A DNA stretch of 64,000 nt, taken from the NCBI RefSeq assembly GCF_964194155.1, contig NC_135894.1, positions 6,200,001 through 6,264,000 of the forward strand, in the 5' to 3' direction. This DNA comes from Cetorhinus maximus. Taxonomy: Eukaryota. Shown here piece by piece: positions 48,343 to 60,660 of the stretch. Under the pieces are notes generated by a model. That model was given only the letters and a program-made list of their open reading frames with translations, was not told the DNA's origin and searched no databases. The translations under genes and the position numbers were made by a program. Position 1 is the first letter of the stretch. Each line of letters opens with the position of its first letter.

Positions 48343-48899
48343 TGACGACATACAATGGATGGGGCAAAGTATCTCAAAGCATTAGCCATATATTTGAATG
48401 GTGGTTGGCGCCTCCATCATTATAACAACAGAAAATGGTGTTCAGCGGTGATCAGACAGCCTGGCATTAAGATTAACTACAGATCCGATTGGTGAACAGT
48501 GTCAGGTTATGCTACATGGCATGAGGCGACTCTTGGAGTTTTGATCAGACCTAAAGAGAGCCGAAGTTCGGAAAGCATTAAGAAGACAGCGCGCTGACTT
48601 TACAGAAATGCTTGTAAAACAGAGTCAGATAGTGTTCAAATGAAGCGCAGGGAAGCAGACGGATCCCTCATGGTGAGATTGCAGTGCATGGCCTGTGAGT
48701 TCAGTGAGTGGGAGAGGGTTTCAAAAGGACCAGCTCCAGATTAGGTCAGTCAAGAAAGGCGACTGACCAGGGCGTGGACCGGATTGATAGTGAGCGAGGG
48801 AGAGTCAAAGAATGAAAATAAATAAACAAAACTGCATAAACATCAGGCCAGAGAAGGCTGCGATTATATTGGCACAACTTTGGAAAAGTCAGCAAAAGC

Positions 48900-49450
48900 A
48901 GCCACAGTGACAGTCATTCCAGGTACTACAGAAGAAGGAAGGTCAAAGGGACTGTCAAAATTTCCACAAAATTCCCCAGATTGAATTCGGATGCAGCTGA
49001 ACTACCTCCTGAATTCAAAAAGTTTGAACAGAGCTATGGTTTCTTGATTCAGGTGTGCCTGAGCCAGACAAGCAAGCCATTAAAATTCACCTAAATTTGT
49101 GAATGAAGGTCTACGCAGGCTGAACATGTCAGGATTTACAGCAGAAGAGCTAAAGGATGCGCAAAGATATGGGTTATATTGGAAGACCGGTTCAGAGTCA
49201 CGTTCAACTTCAGAATTCATCATCGACATGTCATGTCATTTCCACCACAGACCGAACCCATGGACAACTTCATCAGCAGATGCAGAGAAAGGGGTCCATC
49301 GTATGATTTTTCTAGTGCAGAAATAGTCGGCAGAATTGGTCAGTTGTTAATCACATAGACACATTCCAGCAAGACTTGCAAGACAAGCCCAAAATAAATA
49401 GCATCAAAGAAGTACTCAAGGATAGACATAAGTGTTAAATGAGCTTCGCT
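48900..49450 (+). mobile_element. Gypsy-type gag fragment
   Basis: Frameshifted KQAIKI, EGLRRLNMSGFTAEELKD, FNFRIHH and EPMDNFISRCREKG..DFS, a retrotransposon gag pattern. Confidence 0.6.
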
Positions 49451-51056
49451 GGTCAACGAAGCTTAAAGGTTCCAAGTGCAACACCTACTGTTGATGCACT
49501 CAAACCAAGCAAGGCATGTGCAAGTCAGGAGGACGCATTTACAATGCTGTGTGAACAGGCCTTCATTTATTGACGCAGCTTCCCCTTCCAGTTAGCTGTT
49601 CAATTGTCCACCAAAATGCATGACTCGATGTGGCAGGACTGCAGAGCTTCGATCTGATCCAGTGGTTGTGCCGTCGTTTCGAAAGTGATCGCCTTTGAGG
49701 CAGGAGACAACATTTTTCATGGCACAATGTGCAGGGCTAGGGGGAGAAGCCAGGGAATGTCTCATTCGGAGATCTGCTGCAGACAGGGTGGTCTGAGTGA
49801 CCTTCTGCTGCGCTGTAACATTTCTGTATTCCTGTGGGTACAGTAAAGAATAAAAAAATTGTTCCAGATGAAGTTCTGAGTGGCAGCATAGCAACCACCT
49901 AAATGTCACATGATTTAGAAAGAAAGAATCGTGACAAAACCAAACCAGGAAAAGAAAAATAGGCGCAAGAACCAACATAGAGGCAGATGTTATGGTGTAA
50001 ATTTCTTGAACTGAATGTTGAGTCCAGAAGGCTGTAGGTGAGTTGTTTCCCTCGAAGTTTGCTTTTGCTGAGGCGAGTTAGCCCCTGGAATATGTTCAAT
50101 GACGTTGCGTCTAATTTGTTACTAACTCCATCTGCTCGCCTTTGCCTCAGATTCCTTAATACCCTCCTTTAACAAAACTCGATCAATCTCAGATTGAAAA
50201 TATAACAATCAATCAAACATTAGATTCCGTTCACAGAATGTGACCCTGACGTTCTAGCGCGCTTTGTGTGTAGAATTGTTTCCTAATTTCAATGCCGGAA
50301 TCTCTGGTTTTATTGTTTACACTCCGAGATTACCAGCCAATCGAAATAGGCTCTTCGACTGACTCATCTGTTTCCCTTAGCATCTGGTAAGCTTGTGTCA
50401 AATCACTGCAGAAATCAGGAAGGGGGACTTCATTACTGGGGCAGTCAGTGGCTTCAGCATAGGGACTGAGCTGTGGTTTAGTGTCAGGAATTGAGGAGCG
50501 TTAGGAGGGAGTTCACGAGACAAACAGATCTATTGAGGAAGACAACTGGAAGATTAGCAAGGAGCAAGAGCGAGGAATATAAATATTGTTCGCAACTTTT
50601 TTTCGCAAACCTTTCAAATGGAAAAGGGAAACGGTGTAGTCACTGGAAAATTGGAAAAAAAAAACAGAAACAAAAAAAGGACCCAAAAATGTTTAGGATG
50701 TCACAGAGCATCAGTGTAGACAAACACAGTGAACTGTTTAGGTCGATGGCTTTTCATCAGAACAAAAGAAATTAGAAGAATACAATGTTTAAACCAGTGG
50801 AGAGCGGGAGGGCGCAGGGTTAACAAAAGAGCTGAGTGAGGGTTTTTGTTGGGGCGGTGGGTTGTTGGGGTGGAGGAGAGAAAAGGTTTCATGGTACAAA
50901 AGCTGAACAGAATTGTAATGGTTCTAGTAAAAAAAACAAAGGATGTGTCCAGATGAGATTGTGAATGGCTGCATAGCAACCGGACGTTTTATATTTAATG
51001 AAAGCGCTCTTGGTAAGTATCTTGGCATTTTCCCGGCATTGAAGGGCCTGTCATCA

Positions 51057-51128
51057 GCGTTAGTGGTGCAGTGGGGATATAATCTGTCTTCCGCGCATCT
51101 GATTCGTGTTCCATTCCCGCCAATCGCA
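51057..51128 (+). pseudogene. tRNA-Gly(TCC)-derived pseudogene
   Basis: GCGTTAGTGGTGCAGTGGGG...CTTCC...GTTCCATTCCCGCCAATCGCA, 72 nt. The Gly-cassette trailer resumes at about 51230. Confidence 0.7.
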
Positions 51129-51130
51129 GT

Positions 51131-51228
51131 TTGAGGAAGTCATGCCGACTCGAAACGTTAACTTGGTTACTCTCTCCACAGACGCTGCCAGATCTGCTGA
51201 GCTTTTCCAGCATGTTTTGGTTTATTTT
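51131..51228 (+). mobile_element. short Penelope-like insertion with hammerhead motif
   Basis: TTGAGGA-AGTC-ATGCC-GACTC-GAAAC-GTT-AACT plus the tail CTCCACAGACGCTGCCAGATCTGCTGAG. Absent from the other three Gly cassettes. Confidence 0.75.
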
Positions 51229-51686
51229 ATTGTTAATTTTAAACTTCTCAAATAAGAAACGCCAAGCCCGGAGATTATTTTGATCCGTTAAGATGAGATT
51301 TTGTTCCTAAAACACATGCGGGAGAAATTCTAATGAGAAGATTTCCAACCGCTACTTTCTTCAACACGGATATAACATTCTCAATCCTCAAGTCAGTTGG
51401 CATCATCACTGGCTCTTTCTCTCTCTGCCTCTCTCTCCACCTCTCTATCATTACCTCTGCATAACACACACACACACACACACCATATGTTCACGATTGC
51501 ATTTTGTGGCTTTATATATGATAGATTGCTTTACCCAGGACGATTATTATGCTCGTTTAGATCAGTCGGAAAGCACCTCCTCTACAACAGCGCAATGATC
51601 ATTGCTTTGCTGCGCTGTAAATGAGTTTGTGTGTGCATGTCAGAGGCATGGAAGATCTAAGCATGTACACATCGTGCAGTTCAATT

Positions 51687-51758
51687 CACTCGTTAGCATA
51701 GTGTTTAGTATCCCCATTTGTTACGCAGGAGATTGGGGTTCAATTCCCCGAAGGGGCG
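51687..51758 (+). pseudogene. tRNA-Asp-derived pseudogene
   Basis: CACTCGTTAGCATAGTGTTTAGTATCCCCATTTGTTACGCAGGAGATTGGGGTTCAATTCCCCGAAGGGGCG. Paralog of 9554-9625. Confidence 0.75.
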
Positions 51759-52719
51759 AAAGCTCTGGTATTTATACAGAGAAAGCACGCGAAATTGGAA
51801 ACAGAATTTGAATTTGGTAGGTATATGGGAGACAGATGCTGATAAAGATTGTATATCAACAGAGTCAAGAATCTGCGGTTGCTTTCAGAGATCCCGGAAT
51901 ATGAGCGCACGTTGAAAAGAAGGGCGATGAACCCACACAGTCAGGCGACATTTCCGTGTGCGCGTTAACACAGAAACTGGCTCCTTCACCTCAATTGGGC
52001 TGAAACGGAATTTCTGTGAAATTAGTGGTTTGGTAGATTGAATCGAGGACAGTTTGCTGAAACAAGATACTTTAAAACCGGGAGGAGCCGGGCTATGCTT
52101 AATTTGCGAATGAATATACACGCAGAGTTCATTAATAATCTGACAATAAACGTGCATCTTGTAAACTGTGACCGTAACATGACAGAATAATTTACACTTT
52201 AATCTCTGCCACCATTTTGTTCATTTTTAAAATTTACTTTTTTCCTTCATTTCCTTTGCTTTTTGACGGCAGCTATTCAGAATCAACCATCTTTTGTTTC
52301 CTTGCTTACCCCGTTTCCCCTCCCTCAGTAAACACCAGAATTCTGCCTATTTCAGTTCTATTTGCCGCTCACTGCACTAATCAGCAGCGGCTTGGCACAG
52401 GGATGCTTTTCCCTTTGGGTTCTTCATTGAATAAAATTTGAAAGATGGAGAACGCCAGTCATATTCCTCGCTTTTCCTCCTCGCCAATCTTTCAGTTTTC
52501 CAGTTTTCCCCCTCTGGAACTTTGTTTGCTTCTTGAACTCCCTCCTAACCCTCTTCAAATCCAGACACTAAACCAAAGCTCAGTCCCAACATTTTACCGA
52601 GTGACAGCCCCTTTACAGAAGCCCATACTCATGATTGCAGGAGGAATTTGATAATTTTTTTTGAAAGTTATTTCCAATGATTTGTACCCTAGGACCCACG
52701 GCCGCAGGCACGGATTTAA

Positions 52720-53200
52720 AGCCAGACAACAGTGTAGCTCTCTTTTTAATGCTTCCTTTGAACCTGCCGCCAGCACACTCTCGGGCAGTGCATTCCAGGC
52801 CTTAACCACTTTTTGCAGGGAAAGTAAAGGTTTTCCTCGTGTCACTTTTGCTTTTTTTTAACGAACTACTTTAAATTTCTACCCTCGAAGTCTTGAACAT
52901 TTCACGAACGCTAACACTTCCTCCCTGTCTCTTCTGACCAGGCACCTCGTGATTTTCAATCCTTCTATCAAATCGACTCTCAGCCTTCTTTTCTCCCAGG
53001 AAAACAGTCCTAACTTCTCCAATCTACCATCATAACTGAAGTTCCTCATTCCAGGAGTTTTCTCGTGAATCTTTCCTGCCCTCTTTCCAACATCCTTCAC
53101 ATCACCACATCGTTCCTAAAGAGCAGCGCCCAGAGCCAGACCTGATACAACAACTGAGACTCAACAAGTGCCTTCTACAAATCCTGTGCACCTCAATCCC
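52720..53200 (-). mobile_element. CR1-type LINE 3' fragment
   Basis: PGMRNFSYDGRLEKLGLFSWEKRRLRVDLIE and VVKAWNALPE. Confidence 0.8.
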
Positions 53201-54089
53201 ATTACAACACTTGTTTTTTGTGCCTATTGCCTCCTGTCCTCACAGACAATCGCTTTCGCTGTGCTCCCACAATCAAAGGATCAGATTTAAGCTGCGCAGA
53301 GTTTGCACGGACAGTGGCGAATGATGGTGGAGAATTAAACATCTATAATGGAGAAGAAGGCTCCACAAATAAATGTTGGCCTTGCCAGCTATTCTCTCAC
53401 CCAAGAACGAAAAATAGTAAAAGCTGTCGATGTATTCCAAGCCTCACGGCAACCCTAACCTGGGGTCGTGTCCAAGTCTCAGTTGAAAGAATCTCATTGT
53501 GACCTCAACTCATTGCTACACAGTGACAGAGAGAACATAATCATAGAATGGGCACAATACAGAAGGCCATTTGGCCCTTCCTGTCTGTGCTGGCTTTCAG
53601 AAGGAGAACTTCACCTAGTGTCAATCCTTCGCCTTTTTCCTGATCCCTGTATAACACCGCAGCCCCCCCCCCCCCACCCCCCACCCCCTCCACCCCCCAC
53701 TCGTTTCAGAGCTTCCAAACTTTTCTATTTCCTTGACTATAGTAGAATGATGGTTTAAACCTGTTAAAGTGATTTGTTAGGTTAAACACGGAGAAACTGT
53801 TTCTCCCGCCAGTAACAATGGGGTTGAATCTTGACATGTTTTTGCCTCTGATCCACAGCGATCGCGCCAACCAAGGGAAAAATCAGGAAGCACTTTTCAC
53901 ACTTAGAGTAACTGGAAATCCGGAAACAATTCTAACATCGATCGAAGCTACCACAATTACGAGACGGTGGGTATTTTTCTTCAAACTAAAGGGTTCTCCG
54001 TTTCTTCAGTTCTCCTTGAAGAATTCAACCTCCATGATTAGTTTTGTTGCCGTTTTGCTGGGAGTGAACGCCTTGAGCCAAAAAGGCAA

Positions 54090-54161
54090 CGCCCAAACAG
54101 CAATGGAAACCTGGACCCTCAGGATAAAAGTCTGATGCTGTACCGAAGGCGGGACCCGGGC
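54090..54161 (-). pseudogene. tRNA-Lys(TTT)-derived pseudogene
   Basis: GCCCGGGT...TCGGTACAGCATCAGACTTTTATCCTGAGGGTCCAGG...CTGTTTGGGCG. Flanks match 1-230 and 1270-1540. Confidence 0.75.
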
Positions 54162-54611
54162 TTCGTTTCACATGCATCCCACAGCCGCCTTCACTGTCCA
54201 CAAAGAGGCATCGCAAACTTATGTTGCATTTCTTTCTTTGGCAGTTCTGTTTATTTTCATATTGCCAGTTTTCACGCGACTTTGTTTTTCACCTGAAAGG
54301 AAGGTGAAATCAGATTCAATCGGGATTTCAATGGAACTAATTTACAGAGTAATGGGGAAAAGCTGGATTGTGGAACAGTGTTTACAGATCTATCAAAGAG
54401 CATGGACAGGCTCGATGGGCCGACAGACTTCCTTCTGAAAGATAGGATTCCGCGATTCAGGAGTTTCATTTCGACATGGGCTGGGAGATTAGAAAAGGGC
54501 TCATGAGGGTGAAGGTGATGAGTGAATGATTCCAGACAATTGTCTGATGTTTCGTACATTACATTATGCCTGACATTTTGTACCGACATGGAACAAGGCT
54601 GCATTTGTCTT

Positions 54612-54695
54612 GCTGTGGTGACCGAGTGGTTAAGGTGTTGTGCATGAGTATTGTGTATGCGGTTCGGAGGGAAGGTTCAAACACCGCTCGCAGCC
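54612..54695 (+). pseudogene. tRNA-Ser-like pseudogene
   Basis: GCTGTGGTGACCGAGTGGTTAAGGTGTTG...AGGTTCAAACACCGCTCGCAGC versus Ser (GCTGTGATGGCCGAGTGGTTAAGGCGTTG...AGGTTCGAATCCTGCTCACAGCG). The anticodon arm is decayed. Confidence 0.65.
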
Positions 54696-54974
54696 TCCCC
54701 ATGATTAAAATGATTATCTTCTGCCATCAGTTCCCTGACCTGAGAATGCATTAAATTAAACCCATTGACCCGAAACTTTGAAACACAAATAATTTATACA
54801 GATCAATTAGATAATGTAGATTTGCTAGAAACGTAATGAACAGCAAAAACAGGTGTTCAGGAAACTGGTTGAAATGTATTTTAACAAAGAACCTGAAATG
54901 TTTTGGATGAAAAGCAGGATTTTCAGCTCATGAGCATTAGCGCGGTTTGCTTTCATTCATATGGAGGGGGTTTA

Positions 54975-55615
54975 TCTGCGTGAAAGGATGGTAACAGCTT
55001 GTGTGGCTGCATAGACGCAAGTTTTTGGACAGGAACTCAAATAAATCAACATATAACTTGTTTGAGAGGCGATGTATGTCAGGGATGTAAAATCGGGTCG
55101 GTAATTAACGGCTAAGCTGATAGTTGCAGAACAGACAGCAGCTGTCAACCACAGCATCATAAAACTGCCTGATATAGTGAACAGGCAAATAAAGGGTTTC
55201 ATTCTGTTTTCCACCTCTGTGTCATTCTGATTCTTGCTGTTTTGAGCCCGGAGTCCCCTGCTGTCTCTGGTAGATGTTAACATGTGCCTGATTGTCAAAC
55301 AATTAAATAATAAAATATAAAATAAAATTGAGAAATGGAAATAAAATACATCCGAAAATTCCGCTACCCCGGAAGACGATGGAAAAAAATCCGCGCCAGG
55401 GCGGGAACCCGAGTGAACATTGTTAATGATCAGTTTGTTGATCACCCATTTTTGCAGTTTGTTCAGTTGCTGTGAAATGAACATTTGTGTTCCTGAGCAA
55501 ATCAAAATGGCAAATTCTCCCAATAGATCAGCACAGAGACCGCTGTTATGGTCACTGTAGCAGTTTTCACAGTGACATACTTTGCTTTAAAATTCTGGCC
55601 ATATATCGCTAACAG
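54975..55615 (-). pseudogene. GPR139/GPR142-like GPCR remnant (TM4-TM7), inverted paralog of 7110-7510
   Basis: ILLFNCLTIRHML, DTEVENRMKPFICLFTISGSF and YMLIYLSSCPKTCVYAATQ. Confidence 0.85.
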
Positions 55616-57419
55616 TCACAGTGACAATTGAAGATTGGAAATGGAGCTAAATTGCGAATGAGAATTAAGGCGGCCACTTCAGTGCCAATTTATGACGGGT
55701 GTTTCAGCGCGAAATGACGGAGTGCCTGTTCAATTTAAACATTGTTCCATTTGTTCCTTATGCCTTTCTTCAGCCACAGTGTCTCACTTGTGTTTCAATG
55801 GATCATATATTTTGTCAATCAATATATTTCCTGGACTCTTTAAGAATTATATAAACCTTTCTGATTGTTGGCATACATAAGTATTTGCCAATATTGCAAT
55901 TTTTGTAACAATTTTTATTCCACTCATTCAAATTTGGTTGTGCTCCCCAATCTATTGCAAAGATCTTTGTCATTTCTTGCTATTAACTTAAAGTCCTATA
56001 TACTATGATCATTATAATCCTCTTATTTCCAAACTTATGCTCTCTATCAAGTCCAGATAGATTGCGTTTCTTGCATAATGGGTTGGAAATTTTACTGTTA
56101 GCCTTGTTGATATCCGTGCCCTCAACATCGTTGTCAAACTCATCAGCCTTTTAATTTCGTGGTAGTTGACATTTACCCATGATTATTCATCTATGGTTTA
56201 CTTAACTAATTGCTCGAAATGATTATATGATTATCATTCAACCTCCCTCCAATTTTTAGTTCAGCTGCAGTTTGCCACCGTTAGCATGATTTGATTGTTT
56301 TTAGACAATCAACGGATGAGGTCCTCTACGCCCATCCGGATACCTGAAGTTCGTAGTCTGCAGCCGAGCGGGAAACAGAAACCTTGATATCTGCTGGCAC
56401 TTTACGCCAAAACAGGGCAAAAAGAAACATTATTTGAATGATAAATAGTAATGAGAATCTTTCCAAACTCATGTCTCATTTCACAGCACAGAAGGACAAA
56501 GGCACAACCACTGGAATCTCATTCCTGTAAGTGAGTACAAAGAGGGGAATGCTGATCGAGTTCATTCAGTTCATGGTCACTTAAAAAGAAAACAAAGGAA
56601 AGTAAAGCGACATTTACCCAGTCAATATTCGGTGGGAAAGGAAAATTTATACTTGATCTATTTGCCTGAGTCGGCTTCTTGCCATGTGGAATAATTTCAA
56701 TCTTATTATAAATTGGTTGGTACAAACGAACAGTGAATCGCTGTCGCCAATCACAGCATCTATTGGATGAAAGGTGGAAAGTGGAACTTTTCCCCCCTTT
56801 TCAGACACATGTAAACATTAATTACGTGTTTCCTTGCATCTCAAAATACATCTGGGACAGTTTCAGTACATGTGCATGTGCTGTGTCAGTGCCAGCCTAT
56901 GACTGTATAAAGTGAGAGATGATTTTAAGTGCAGCTCTGCTTTCTGCCTTTGAATGACGCATTTTATGCCAGTTGGCATCTTATAACTTTCTCAATTTAC
57001 AAATAAGTTGGTGTTTTTTTTAGAGTTGTACTTAAAATGGAACATTTTGTTTTTAGGATTTAGGTTATTAAGACTGAGAATCATTCAGTCAAACAATATT
57101 TGTTTTGAAATAGTTTATTCCAGCACTGAATGCTAGAGGTTTGCGAGTGGCAGGTGAGTATGTTTCCCCCTGCAAACTGTTAAACATTTACAGAAATAAT
57201 GCAATAAGTAACAAGTGTTAGACAGATAAAGAAGCAAACACGGGTCTCAGATAGCTCCATTATCTCACAACTGATCTCATCGGCCCTGGCAGGAATTCAC
57301 TTCACAAAGCCTTTCCAACTTTAATAACTACTCTTCAATCAAACTCTCTAAAGTGGAAAGAATCGTCGATATGGCCTTAGGTATTTATGCTCAACATTAG
57401 TGTTTTGTATGAACGGGCA

Positions 57420-58290
57420 GCCCGCATTATAACCCATTCTGTGAACGGTACCAAGATATGGAGCGGAGCAAGTTCTGAGGAGGATGCAAAACATATGAAA
57501 ATGAATATAGTCTGGTTAAGTGAGTGGCCAAAATTTGAGAAATGAAGTATAATGTGCGAAAACATAAGGTCTTCCAGGGACTGGAAGAATATAAAATCAG
57601 AATGATGTCAAAATGAAGATAAACGGTAAGATGATTTGACAAAAGGGACACCGGTATCCAAGTACATGAACGTCAAAATTTCAGCGTGCGTCTGGAGCAA
57701 ACTCAGAAGGGAAAGGCAATAATGCTCTCCATTGCAAGGCAACAGAACAAAATATCGCTGAGACCACAGCTAGAATACATCGCGCAGTTTTGATTAGCTT
57801 ATTTAAAGAACCAGTTAATTGCATTAGAGGCAGCTCAGGGATGAATCAGGGGACCGATTCCTGTGATAAGGGGGGTATCTTTTGAGGGAAGGCTGAGCTT
57901 GCGATGTGGAAAGCATTGAAGTTTAGAGGACCGAAATGTAAGGTTTCTGTTAAATATAAGATTCTGAATGGGATTTATTTGGCCGTTGCTCAAGTTGCGC
58001 TGTTTAAAAATTAACGAGTTTTCCAATTAATTGGGAGAACAGGAGGTATGTGTTCCGTTTAATCGCAGCATTGCTGGTGTTTGAAATTTTCTCCCGCAAC
58101 GGGCAGTGGAGGCTGGATCACTAAGTATATTCAATGTAGATGTAGACACGATTTCGAAGGAGAATAATTTTAAGCATTCTGGGTACTTGTCACAGATGTG
58201 GAGTTAAGAACGCATTGCCTCAACCATGATAGGATTGAATGGTGGGGCAGTCTGGCGAGCGCGATTGATCTACTCCTGTTTATATTTCTG
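57420..58290 (+). mobile_element. old CR1-type LINE fragment
   Basis: Degenerate LSEWPK...YNVRK and RPQLEYIAQF motifs and a CR1-like 3' tail. Confidence 0.6.
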
Positions 58291-59627
58291 ATCTTCTAAT
58301 ATCCTATCAACAATTGGGTGGACCCCAATCAATTTCTTTGTTTTTCAAAAACAAAGAAATTTTCTAAAATACTGTGTGGGCTTCGTTAGGCATTTCATTG
58401 CGCCCATGACTGCGGATGATGCAGCGCATGCGGCTTACGTTCGAATAAGCTGCAGAAAATCCGAAATTCGTTCACGTTGCAACGTGAACCTTGGCCTCTG
58501 TCAAGCAGACTTAGTAATAAACACTTTGAGACCACACCTATCAATGATCCACCTTATAATTTTACATGAGTGCTTTACTTTCTTTGAGATTAAAATATAA
58601 CAACAAGCAATTAAAGCAAATTATTTCCCATCGTGCTAAAATAATGCTAAGTAGCTCCCTAGGCCTGCATCAATCCATAATTATCATTGTCTGTGTATTT
58701 TCTTTCCCCTCCAATCGATATGATTTTTTGATCCTTCCCAGATAAAATCACTTGGAAGAAAACTCTGTCACTAAGAACAGGAATCTTTAATTTGAATAAT
58801 ATGCTGGCTGGATATTGTTTTTATCGAGCACTAAATGTTTCTTTGAAAATTCAATTTTTGATTTCGGACAGGCATTTTGAAGGCTCCTCTTTTGGGACAT
58901 TACTCAATCACCGTCTTTCCAATTTTACATTACCATTGAACTCTTGTTTGCTCATGGGATCTAATCTTCAACTGTTCCATTAGGTCTTATTTCTCTTGCT
59001 TCTTAATTCTATAACCTTTGACATCTCGACGTCTGTGCTCATACTCCTGACTGCAGTTTGCAACCTTTAAGGATCAGAAATCATAGCTTTCCTTCAATGG
59101 CATTCGAAACAATCAGGATTGATTTTAAGGTAGCCTATTAAGGAGCAACAGATTTTATGTGATACCTGGGGAAATTAGACCTGACAAGCAAACAGCACGT
59201 GAGATTTGAGAGCGATCCAGTGAACAAATGACCCAATGGATGCTGACATCTGGAGCTTGTGACGAACAAATTTTCGACTGTAGTTGAAGTGTTCGGAAAC
59301 ACTTCCAATGGTCTTCTTCCATCTTCCTTGGAATTTCTCGATATGGGCATCTGGAAACGGCGTGATGAGAACAGCCACCTGCCTCCGTGCTATTAATACA
59401 CTTCAATTCTATGATTTGGTTTTTTAGCCTGTTGAAAATTATGAAAGTATAGGCACCCATTAACTCGAAACACAAGTGTGTAACTTCATACCGATCTCGC
59501 CTGTGAGATTTCCGCTTGTTGATAAACTTTCGCTTCTATTTACTCATCGCATAGTGAGGCTGAATGTTACCACATCAACTTACGGACGGGCAGTTATAAC
59601 AAATTGTTCATGCATTTGTTTGCGATC

Positions 59628-59710
59628 TTGTGGCTCAGTTGGTAAAACCCCTTTCATTGAACAGGTGAGCCCCAGTTTCAATTCCAACCCCAGGCAGTAA
59701 TGGCCATGAA
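59628..59710 (+). mobile_element. tRNA-derived SINE head
   Basis: TGTGGCTCAGTTGGTAA (A box) and AGTTTCAATTCC (B-box-like) without a cloverleaf. Confidence 0.4.
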
Positions 59711-60413
59711 AATGTTGTTCAACGTAAATCTTATTCCATCCTCAATACCATCCTCTAAAATGGAGAAAGATAAGTGATAATTTCCCCAAAAAGAATAAGG
59801 TCATGGTCTGTTTATGCAATCTGACTGGTATGGACTTGTCATTTGAGGCATAAAACGTTGTGCTCGGGGAAGTACCGGGTTTGGGGGATGTGAGTATTTC
59901 AGAAGGCTTATCAAGTGAGGTGTGGTAAATATTGGTTATATGATAGCTTGCAAGAACGGAAGGGCTCCAGTGTTAATTTTTTAACCACACTTACGTCAGT
60001 TTAAACAAAGTGGAGAACAATAGCAGAAGGGAGAAAATGTAAAGATGTCAGCCAAGACGAAGAGAAGGAAGGGTCTTGATCCCACCAACCAGTCGACGCC
60101 TCCAAAGTCAGAATCGGAGAGGGAGTTAGAGAAATGGTGTGACACAACTTGACAAGGGGAATAAAATAGCGACACACTCAAAAAATTGTATTCAAAATTG
60201 TCCGTCATCTCCCCCATGCATGGTTTCCAGCACCTTGTGCTGTGGCTATCATTTTTAAAAATGGGACTTTCAGTGAAATGGCAAAAACTAACTAAAGTGC
60301 GTTACTTGTGACTAAGCATTCCAAACCTAAACTAATGCAGAACCCGAATGATAATATAGGCAATAAGCTGATACAAAATCTCAAAACAATCTCAGAAGAC
60401 GGAATTAAAATAA

Positions 60414-60660
60414 GGCCGTGGCCAAGTGATAATATTAGTGGACCAGTTATCCAGAATCCATTGTTAATGATTTGGGGATTCGAGTTCGAATGGGGCATGG
60501 TGTGGTGGAAAATTCAGTTCATGAAATGTGGACTTGAAAACTAGTCTCAGAAATGATGATGATTAAAATGTAATGAAATGTTGCAAAATCACAGTTGGTT
60601 CATTAATGTCCTTCAGGGAAGAAAATCTGCCATACGTACCGAGTTTGACAGACATATGAT
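60414..60660 (+). mobile_element. tRNA-derived SINE (same family as 11375-11662)
   Basis: Head with GAGTTCGAAT and body GGTTCATTAATGTCCTTCAGGGAAGAAAATCTGCC. Confidence 0.65.

Noticed and set aside
59138-59475. Three overlapping minus-strand ORFs as a candidate exon
   Set aside because: No recognisable domain and no supporting neighbouring exons.
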